The notes below the pieces were generated by a model. The model was not told where the DNA came from, made no database searches, and saw nothing but the letters and a program-made list of their open reading frames with translations. Shown here in pieces: positions 17,279 through 24,075 of a stretch of 52,734 nt of DNA (position 1 is its first letter; each line of letters opens with the position of its first letter). The position numbers were made by a program, and so were the translations under genes. Source of the DNA: Nanobdellota archaeon (lineage in GTDB: Archaea > Nanobdellota > Nanobdellia > Pacearchaeales > GW2011-AR1); the NCBI GenBank assembly GCA_038045185.1, contig JBBSYO010000020.1:1-52734 (forward strand), in the 5' to 3' direction.

Positions 17279-17524
17279 GTGCCTGAGCTCCAAAATGGAA
17301 AAAATATGCAATGCCAAGTGCAGCATCCTGTAAAGGTTACATCTGATAATTTGGGGGCGCCGAAAGGCGCTCCCGGTATTCAATTAGCAATGGGAAGACC
17401 ACATAAAAAAGGCTCAAGCAGCGAGCCAAAGAAATTTAGGTGCTCTGTCTGCGGAAGACTTTATAGAATGGATTGGGCTATTCAGAATCACGAAAAAGTA
17501 TGCCCTTGGAAATTATTGGCATAG
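17279..17524 (+). CDS. small C2HC/C2H2-like zinc-finger protein
   Basis: FRCSVCGRLYRMDWAIQNHEKVC. The real start may be ATG 17390 (MGRPHKK). Confidence 0.35.
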   Translation: MPELQNGKNMQCQVQHPVKVTSDNLGAPKGAPGIQLAMGRPHKKGSSSEPKKFRCSVCGRLYRMDWAIQNHEKVCPWKLLA

Positions 17525-17571
17525 CCGAAAGCCTTAAATACATGAAAGATTAAGTCTTACTAAGTAATACT

Positions 17572-17829
17572 ATGGAATCAGTAACTATCAAGCTTGAAAG
17601 CGATTTTCTCAAAGCTTTAGAGAGAACTATGAAAAAACACCGCTATATGACCAAAACAGAGTTCATACGTCAGGCAATGCGCGACAAAATGAACGAATTG
17701 GAAAAAGAAGAAACATTAAAAAATGTAGAAAAGCTGTTCGGCTCTTCAAAACACAAGACTACTGATGAGCAACTGCATGAAGCAGGAGAGAGGGCAGTCA
17801 GGATTTTAGAAAAGAAATTCAGGACCTAA
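17572..17829 (+). CDS. ribbon-helix-helix (CopG-like) protein
   Basis: N-terminal VTIKLESDFLKALERTMKKHRYMTKTEFIRQAMRD fits an RHH strand plus two helices. ccgaaagccttaaata promoter about 30 nt upstream. Confidence 0.6.
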   Translation: MESVTIKLESDFLKALERTMKKHRYMTKTEFIRQAMRDKMNELEKEETLKNVEKLFGSSKHKTTDEQLHEAGERAVRILEKKFRT

Positions 17830-18241
17830 GCAGTTCATTAGTTCTATAAGACACAATTATATCAGTTATCTGCTTAAAATGATGATCCAGAGTCACAAGA
17901 ACTGCTCTGCTGTCGCGCGCAATAAGCGCATGCAAAGCATCTTTTCGCGGAATTTTTCTCTTTAATGAAAGATCTTTTGATATTCCTATCTGTTTATCTG
18001 TTGCTTCTAGAAAAATAAGAATCTTACGCAAAGGCATAATCAGCGATTCTAATTCGTAACGAGAATATCCTGCTTCCTCAAGCTCTATTATCGTTAAATC
18101 AGAATAAAGAATTCTATCATTTTTGCTAATTATTTTACTTATAAGTTTCCGAGCCCATGCGCCTTTCGGAAGATTAGGCTCATCCCTGTTTTCAAAGAAA
18201 TCAAGCCAAACAGAAGTATCAAAATAGAACCTCTTTTCCAT
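17819..18241 (-). CDS. PIN-domain nuclease (VapC-like)
   Basis: FYFDTSVWLDFF N-terminal acidic strand and C-terminal LVTLDHHF. Confidence 0.7.
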   Translation of the reverse strand: MEKRFYFDTSVWLDFFENRDEPNLPKGAWARKLISKIISKNDRILYSDLTIIELEEAGYSRYELESLIMPLRKILIFLEATDKQIGISKDLSLKRKIPRKDALHALIARDSRAVLVTLDHHFKQITDIIVSYRTNELLRS

Positions 18242-18298
18242 CAGAAAATCAAGAACAATTGCTAATTAAACTTTCTTCTCGGGCAGCCTTGCTCGGGC

Positions 18299-18315
18299 TT
18301 AATAACCTTTTTATA
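18299..18315 (+). promoter_or_regulatory. promoter motif TTAATAACCTTTTTATA (copy 2 of 3)
   Basis: Its TATA part lies about 25 nt upstream of an in-frame GTG at 18337. Confidence 0.5.
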
Positions 18316-18336
18316 ACTCGGTTCTTTATACATATC

Positions 18337-18990
18337 GTGCCGTTCAAACTCTCCCCCTCAACATTAAGCTTAATGCATGAATGCCCGCGATGCTTCTGGC
18401 TCACTAGCCACAAGATTTGGGCGAGACCTGCAGGCATATTCCCCTCGCTTCCAAGTGGAATGGACGGGATACTCAAAGCGCATTTTGACAAGTTTATGGA
18501 AAAGGGCACGTTACCACCTGAACTATGCAATAATTCAGAATGCAAGAACTTAAAGCTATTTGATGACGCAGAACTCTTGAAAGAGTGGAGAAACTCAAGA
18601 AGGGGATTATGGTTCGAAGATAAAGAGGAGAACGTGCTGCACGGAGGAATTGATAACCTGCTTGTAAACAAGGCAAATGGCAAGCTTATTGTTCTTGATT
18701 ATAAGACACGAGGATTTCCATTAAAAGACGACACTCATGAGCACTATCAGGACCAGCTTAATATTTATGCTTGGCTTCTTAAGACGTTAGGACGCAAAGT
18801 GGAAGATTTTGCTTATTTGCTGTTCTATCATCCAAAGGAAGTCCTTGAAACAGGGGAAGTGGTGTTTAATACTGACTTGAAGAAGATGAAGGTTGTGCCT
18901 GAAGATGCTGAAAAGCTGTTCAACAAGGCGATTAAGATGCTAAATGGCGAGTGCCCGAAGAAGATGTGCGAGTGGTGCGAGGGACGATAA
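18337..18990 (+). CDS. Cas4-like PD-(D/E)xK nuclease with Cys cluster
   Basis: N-terminal CPRCFW, VLDYKT (D-x-K), QLNIYAWLL (QxxxY), and C-terminal CPKKMCEWC. ORF opens at 18259, but GTG 18337 fits the promoter spacing. Confidence 0.7.
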   Translation: MPFKLSPSTLSLMHECPRCFWLTSHKIWARPAGIFPSLPSGMDGILKAHFDKFMEKGTLPPELCNNSECKNLKLFDDAELLKEWRNSRRGLWFEDKEENVLHGGIDNLLVNKANGKLIVLDYKTRGFPLKDDTHEHYQDQLNIYAWLLKTLGRKVEDFAYLLFYHPKEVLETGEVVFNTDLKKMKVVPEDAEKLFNKAIKMLNGECPKKMCEWCEGR

Positions 18991-19038
18991 CTTAAGATAG
19001 CTAAGAATTAACAAGTTAATGCCCTTCGGGCAACTCCG

Positions 19039-20031
19039 CTAAGACAATCTCTTCATTTCCAGCCAACTAATAAGTTTAGTCTTATCGGGAGGCACATCTT
19101 TCCTTGAATAATATACAAAATCCATTCTTTCATAGCATTTAGGACAATAACAAACTCGTCCTTCAGAAGCTTTTATGGAAATTGATTTTGCTATACTTGA
19201 CTTTAGAAATTTCTTTTTTCTCCTTGAATAAGCGCCGTAATATCTTGCAAGCTTCTGATTCTTTTCTGGAACATGCTGAATAATAGCAGAAATAAAATCA
19301 TGCACAAGCATGATTTTATAGTGTATCTTTTCATCATGATCTTTGTAATAGAATTTAACAGCCTCTTTATTGTAGGCAATTATCCTTGAGTTTGCTATTG
19401 CTGGATGCCGAACATATCTGCCCAAATATCTGGCTAAGCCCTTGCGAGAGGATATTCTATCCTCTCTGACATAAACACAAAAGCCATTAGGATATTTTCT
19501 ATATGCTTCCTCAATAATTCCTTTAGGAAGATATTTCTTCAGTTTTTTGAGGATATTATATTCCCATTTTTTATGCAGAGCATTATATGGAATATAATTT
19601 CCCAACGGAACAAATTTTCCCTGTTCATCAAATCCCCCTTCAGTAACAATAGTATGAACATGGGGTTGATTCTTCAAATCTTTTCCGAATGGATGAAACA
19701 CTTCAATAACTCCAGGAATTAAATCTCTTCTTTTCATATTAGAAAATACTTCTCGAATTGTTTTATATGCAACATCCATCAAAATCTTGTACAGCTTTCT
19801 ATCTTCTTGAAAATATTTCCAGAGCATATCTGGAATTCCAAAGACAAGATGCCTATGGAAGATATTTTTCTCTAATTTTTCAGCTAACATTGATGCCCAT
19901 TGGTCAGCATACCTCTTGCCACAGCAAGAGCATAGCCTTGAATTGCAGCCAAATGGGAGAAATCTATATTCGTTGCAATTCTTGCAATAATACCAAAATC
20001 CTCCTCTGCTTTCATCTTTGCAAGAAAGCAT
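19039..20031 (-). CDS. IS91-family (HUH Y2, rolling-circle) transposase
   Basis: Zn-binding CKNC...CNSRLCSCCG, HUH-type QPHVHTIVTEGG, and Y2-region RYLGRYVRHPAIANSRI and ARYYGAYSRR. Confidence 0.8.
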   Translation of the reverse strand: MLSCKDESRGGFWYYCKNCNEYRFLPFGCNSRLCSCCGKRYADQWASMLAEKLEKNIFHRHLVFGIPDMLWKYFQEDRKLYKILMDVAYKTIREVFSNMKRRDLIPGVIEVFHPFGKDLKNQPHVHTIVTEGGFDEQGKFVPLGNYIPYNALHKKWEYNILKKLKKYLPKGIIEEAYRKYPNGFCVYVREDRISSRKGLARYLGRYVRHPAIANSRIIAYNKEAVKFYYKDHDEKIHYKIMLVHDFISAIIQHVPEKNQKLARYYGAYSRRKKKFLKSSIAKSISIKASEGRVCYCPKCYERMDFVYYSRKDVPPDKTKLISWLEMKRLS

Positions 20032-20184
20032 TTTCTCTACTTCAATTCTTTCTATCTCTCTAACCTTATTTGCCCCTAGGTAATCTTCCCAGCTCTCCTG
20101 GAAGATTTGTTTTACTGAATAGAAAGGTTTTTCTTTGTTCTCTCTTTTATTGTTATATGTTGTTTCGTGAATAAAAACAACATA

Positions 20185-20210
20185 GGGTTAGCACCTAAAA
20201 AGGCTAACCC
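20185..20210. other. perfect 8-bp stem hairpin upstream of the transposase gene (candidate IS end structure)
   Basis: GGGTTAGC-acctaaaaag-GCTAACCC. Confidence 0.4.
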
Positions 20211-20409
20211 TTTATACTTTATATACTAATAATTATTTGCGACGAAAATAATAATGCGATAAAGAAACTAACTTAAATTATTTCTTATAAAATTATTATT
20301 TCTAAAAAATGTTTCTTTAGTATAAAATCTTAGCTGGGCTGTGCTGTTTATAGTGCGTCATACAATACAGCACCGAAAGATATAAATAAAAGCAAATTCC
20401 TAAAACAAT

Positions 20410-20592
20410 ATGGATTTAGAACAAAAGATACCGTCAAATTTGCCCAGCACAGGAATCTTGCCTGTTAATAAAAATGTAGTCAGAGATTTTATGAGAATCA
20501 CCAGAGGTTTGCAAAGCAGAGATATAGGCAGACCAATTTATGAAGAAAGAAAACCTGTTTACCTTCAATCTCAAGAAGAGAAAAAGTATTAG
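20410..20592 (+). CDS. hypothetical small protein (60 aa)
   Basis: ORF preceded by ccgaaagatataaata BRE/TATA about 30 nt upstream. Confidence 0.3.
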   Translation: MDLEQKIPSNLPSTGILPVNKNVVRDFMRITRGLQSRDIGRPIYEERKPVYLQSQEEKKY

Positions 20593-20593
20593 C

Positions 20594-21208
20594 TCATCTT
20601 CTTAAATTCGCGTCTTCCCACTGCCGCATAAAACCCTCATCCAAACTCGTACGCTCTAACAGTATTCTCCGCTGTTTCCAGTCCCGATAAAATGCGCCAA
20701 GCAAAAGTCCAATAGCAAGCCCAGAAAGATGCGCGATGTTCCCGACATTGCTCGGCACAAACAAGCCAATCACATCTCCAACAGCCCATAAAATTCCAGC
20801 GATAAACATAGGCATCGGCAGCCCAAACGCAAATACAACAAGCGTCGGTCTCACGACAATTAAAGTGCCGATAATTCCAAATATTGCCCCGCTAGCACCC
20901 AAAGATGAAGGATAAAAGAAAACAGATGCAAAATTAGCAACTATCCCTGCGGCAAAAAATACGAGCAAAAACCTCCTCGAGCCGATAAGCCTTTCAAGCA
21001 TGCTTCCAAATAAAACTAAAGCAAACATATTATAAATCAAATGCCCAAAATCTCCGTGCAAAAATATTGCTGTCAAAAATCTCCATGGCTGGCTGAAAGA
21101 TAATTCATTAAGCAAGAATAATTCTGTAAATCCTGAAAAAACAGTTTGCAAAATAAATACCAAGACGCAGATTACCGCAAGCCACGCCGCATAAAACTTA
21201 AAGCCCAT
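20594..21208 (-). CDS. rhomboid-family intramembrane serine protease
   Basis: FLHGDFGHLIYNM (HxxxN), GASGAIFG (GxSG), and multiple TM helices. Confidence 0.85.
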   Translation of the reverse strand: MGFKFYAAWLAVICVLVFILQTVFSGFTELFLLNELSFSQPWRFLTAIFLHGDFGHLIYNMFALVLFGSMLERLIGSRRFLLVFFAAGIVANFASVFFYPSSLGASGAIFGIIGTLIVVRPTLVVFAFGLPMPMFIAGILWAVGDVIGLFVPSNVGNIAHLSGLAIGLLLGAFYRDWKQRRILLERTSLDEGFMRQWEDANLRR

Positions 21209-21238
21209 AAAACGATAAATAAAAACAGATTAATAACC

Positions 21239-21254
21239 TTATGGATAATTCTGT
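21239..21254 (-). promoter_or_regulatory. 16-nt upstream motif shared with the 633-aa surface-protein gene
   Basis: ttatggataattctgt begins 31 nt from the rhomboid start codon. An identical 16-mer sits 31 nt from the start at 34865. Confidence 0.5.
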
Positions 21255-21282
21255 AATTGTATCGCCTGTTTTCAAAAGTTAA

Positions 21283-21660
21283 TTAAAGACGCTCGCACGT
21301 GCGCCCATTCCAGCACATATTTTTTCCGCACGAACAGCCCTCAACAAACATTGCATTACAGCCAGTTTCTTCACCCCGTAAAACTGCTCTCTTATAATCA
21401 CAACTATTAGAGCAAAAGTCAACTCCCCACATTCCCCCTTGAAATGTACAGATAACGCTAAGCTCATCAGCAGAAGGCTCAGGGCACGCATCAAACCTGC
21501 AATCATTGCTCGCATTTCTCGCAACAGAATTTCCATCATCGCATAACTTCGCCTCTTCAGTGCAAGCGAGCATCGCGCCCTGATTATACCAATAATACAT
21601 CCCAAAAGCAACTACGATTACCAGCACAATAATAGTCAGTGAAATCAGCGCAGGCTTTCC
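21283..21660 (-). CDS. secreted/anchored cysteine-rich small protein
   Basis: Start taken at MGKPALISLTIIVLVIVVAF (signal anchor), followed by about 14 Cys. The longer ORF (to 21789) merely reads through tRNA-His. Confidence 0.5.
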   Translation of the reverse strand, partial: GKPALISLTIIVLVIVVAFGMYYWYNQGAMLACTEEAKLCDDGNSVARNASNDCRFDACPEPSADELSVICTFQGGMWGVDFCSNSCDYKRAVLRGEETGCNAMFVEGCSCGKNMCWNGRTCERL

Positions 21661-21685
21661 CATTTTCTCCAAACGCAGCAGACAT

Positions 21686-21702
21686 TTAATAACCTTTTTA
21701 TA
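21686..21702 (+). promoter_or_regulatory. promoter motif TTAATAACCTTTTTATA (copy 3 of 3), tRNA-His promoter
   Basis: TATA part lies about 25 nt upstream of tRNA position -1 at 21726. Confidence 0.55.
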
Positions 21703-21725
21703 CCTTAATAGCTCGTTTAAAATAT

Positions 21726-21797
21726 GGCGGTTGTAGTGTACCGGTAGCACACCAGCTTGTGGCGCTGTTAGAGTGGGTTCAACTCCCACCTTCCGCT
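21726..21797 (+). tRNA. tRNA-His (GTG) with encoded G-1; two U-U mismatches in the acceptor stem
   Basis: D-arm GTGT/GCAC, anticodon loop TTGTGGC, T-arm GTGGG-TTCAACT-CCCAC. Acceptor GCGGTTG versus CTTCCGC mismatches at 5:68 and 6:67. Confidence 0.6.
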
Positions 21798-21826
21798 TTC
21801 ATTGAGAAAAGGAGTTGAACAAGAGA

Positions 21827-21898
21827 GGGTTCAACTACGTGAACTCGAAGAGTTAACGTTCCCGCGGAACAGAGTTCTGCGAGGACCCACCTTCCGCT
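21827..21898 (+). other. second copy of the last 23 nt of tRNA-His, split by a 49-nt hairpin-rich insert
   Basis: gggttcaact (21827-21836), then a 49-nt insert (GAACTC...GTTCC-cgc-GGAAC...GAGTTC nested stems), then cccaccttccgct (21886-21898). Confidence 0.6.
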
Positions 21899-22088
21899 TC
21901 CCCCTACAAATTAAAATAATAATGTAAGGGGAAAGAATTAAAGATTCTTGACAATTTGAATAGCTTGTAACATAGTCAAGTAAATTCTTTATAACTATCA
22001 ACAAATAGTTTACAACAACAAACCAAACGATTGATAGTGGCTGCCGCGCCGAACGGTTTCGTTCGGAGTGCTCCTTCCGCTTTTATCT

Positions 22089-22420
22089 ATCAAAAAGTCC
22101 TTGAGTTTACCACACCTTAAAACGTCAGGAATCATGGATTCCTGAGCGCCTCGAAATTCAAAGAATTTCTCAGCCTCAAGAACTATTGTTCTTGATGGCC
22201 ATCAAAGATTTGCATCTTTGAGGGGTGTGGTTTGTGTGGGACTCACCAAGAACTTGGTTCTTGGGTGCACGAAGAACCGAAGGTTGCTTCGTGTTTGGAT
22301 GCAAGAAAATCATTGCTAAAGATGATTTTCTGCACAGAGAATTACGAGAGCAAGCAATTCTCTTGTGCTCAAGAAGCGACCACACCATGAATGGTGTGGT
22401 TTTCGTCAAGCTTCTTGACA
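22089..22420 (+). repeat. structured hairpin-modular element E1 (long form)
   Basis: Starts ATCAAAAAGTCCTTGAGT. Homologous along its length to 35119-35350, with indels that are whole hairpins. At least 9 stem-loops are readable. Confidence 0.8.
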
Positions 22421-22468
22421 TCAAAAACAAAAAAGCCCTTGGGTGCGCGCACCAAGGGCAGGGATTTA

Positions 22469-22783
22469 TCAATATCTCGGACGGAAGAACGGAAGCACAA
22501 GACTCTTTTCAAGTGGATGCAAGCCGCGGTATTCGTGCGTATTGTCAAAACTGACAAAGCGCAGCAGAGAGCCGTAACGCTTTTGCAGTGCACGCTTAAC
22601 TTTCTCGCGCGCATACTCATAATTCCAGCCACGAACAACAAGTTTTTCTTCGAATCTTAATGGTTGCGAATCAGTCTGAGAAGAAATTGATTCCCCTTCC
22701 AAAGGATGCTCGCAAGAATCTCTCTCGTATCTTACTGCAACTTCCCAATTTCCATCTTTTTTCACAAGGCGTTTTTTCGTCAT
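22469..22783 (-). CDS. hypothetical protein (104 aa), uncertain
   Basis: ORF only. A near-perfect palindrome CCCTTGGGTGCGCGCACCAAGGG lies just 3' of its stop. Confidence 0.3.
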   Translation of the reverse strand: MTKKRLVKKDGNWEVAVRYERDSCEHPLEGESISSQTDSQPLRFEEKLVVRGWNYEYAREKVKRALQKRYGSLLRFVSFDNTHEYRGLHPLEKSLVLPFFRPRY

Positions 22784-23014
22784 GATTGCTTGCCCCCTTA
22801 CAATTCATAAAGACCAAAGGAAAGCAGAAGGAATAAGACTTGTCAATATTCAATAAGTGCAATATAGAAACGCATATTCTCACATGAGCTGCCCAATTGC
22901 GCACAGTTTGCTATAGTGAAAAATCCCGATAGAAACATATGAGATATAATGTTCACTAAATTCAATAGTGAATATATTCAAAAGATACTTAAATATATCT
23001 TTGCTAATAATTAA

Positions 23015-24013
23015 ATGAAACGCAAGATAATCGGGCAGGGCCATAATACGCTGACAATCACCCTGCCAAGCAAATGGGCGCGAAAGCTAAACCTCAAAGC
23101 GGGCGAAGAAGTTGACATAGAAGAAAGCGGCAGCAGGCTAATCCTGAACACGTCGCAGCATCCTAAAGAAAAATCATGCGTTATTGACATTCGCAACTTT
23201 ACTGTTCCGCTTTTATGGCGCTATTTTCAGTCAGTATATCGCGCCGGCTGCGACGAAATAAAAGTGCTGTTTGACCCTGAAAAAAAGAAATATGAAGATG
23301 CGTTCCATTATTACACAACCCAATTTGAATACAGGCACCTCGGAGAGAAGGTTCCGCCCAAGCCCGCTATTGCCGTAATTCAGGAAATTGTAGGAAGATT
23401 CGTGGGCATTGAGATAATTGAGAACGGAAAGGATTATTGTATCATTCGGGAGATGGGCGAAGTGTCTCCAAAAGAGTTCGAAAACTCGCTGCGAAGAATT
23501 TTTCTTATAATATTGGAGCTATTTGACAGAACAATAAAAGCAATAGAAAACAATGAAATTAAAGATTCCAGCTTGTGCAAGGAAATTCACGCGATTGACC
23601 TTAGCATTGACAAATTTGTGGACTATTGCGCCCGCATTTTAAACAAAATAGTCGGAGTATGCCCTGAAGAAAAAAAGCAGCTCATGTTTTCAAGCTTATT
23701 TATACTTGAGCTTGTCGGAGATGAATTTAAGTATATAGCTAAGCACCTTGCACTTTCAAAAAAGCCTGTGAAAGAATGCCTTGCCATCGCAAACCTTGTT
23801 AAAGAGCATTTTGAGCTTTATTACAGGATTTACTACAAGTTTGACAGAGAACTCACGATAAAGTGGGGCCAGAAAGATATTGAGGTTTACAAAACGCATT
23901 TTAGCACAAAAGACGGCATGCATGGCGAATGCCGCAGCATTATGAGACATTTCATGATGGTGAGCAAGCTTACACTCGCCCTCGTTGAACTGCGCATTCA
24001 AATGGAATTTTAG
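23015..24013 (+). CDS. AbrB-domain plus PhoU-like regulator (archaeal phosphate-uptake-regulator type)
   Basis: N-terminal HNTLTITLPSKWARKLNLKAGEEVDIEESG (AbrB/SpoVT) followed by a long helical PhoU-like region. Confidence 0.7.
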   Translation: MKRKIIGQGHNTLTITLPSKWARKLNLKAGEEVDIEESGSRLILNTSQHPKEKSCVIDIRNFTVPLLWRYFQSVYRAGCDEIKVLFDPEKKKYEDAFHYYTTQFEYRHLGEKVPPKPAIAVIQEIVGRFVGIEIIENGKDYCIIREMGEVSPKEFENSLRRIFLIILELFDRTIKAIENNEIKDSSLCKEIHAIDLSIDKFVDYCARILNKIVGVCPEEKKQLMFSSLFILELVGDEFKYIAKHLALSKKPVKECLAIANLVKEHFELYYRIYYKFDRELTIKWGQKDIEVYKTHFSTKDGMHGECRSIMRHFMMVSKLTLALVELRIQMEF

Positions 24014-24075
24014 TTGAACCAATAAATTTTAGCCAGAATCCAAACACTTTTATAACCTCATTCCATCTTTCTTAC

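Noticed and set aside
21661-21789. Extension of the Cys-rich ORF (21283-21789) beginning MGVEPTLTAPQAGVLPVHYN
   Set aside because: It is the reverse-complement reading of tRNA-His and its promoter. The signal-anchor start MGKPALISL at 21660 is the plausible start.
22089-22106. Reading the shared element start ATCAAAAAGTCC as the RNase P CR-I box
   Set aside because: Four copies exist per 52 kb, lengths vary from 93 to 332 nt, and no other RNase P conserved regions are present.
22176-22660. Several 89-109-aa ORFs on both strands within and next to element E1
   Set aside because: They overlap each other across palindromic hairpin modules. The open frames on both strands are a by-product of the inverted-repeat structure.
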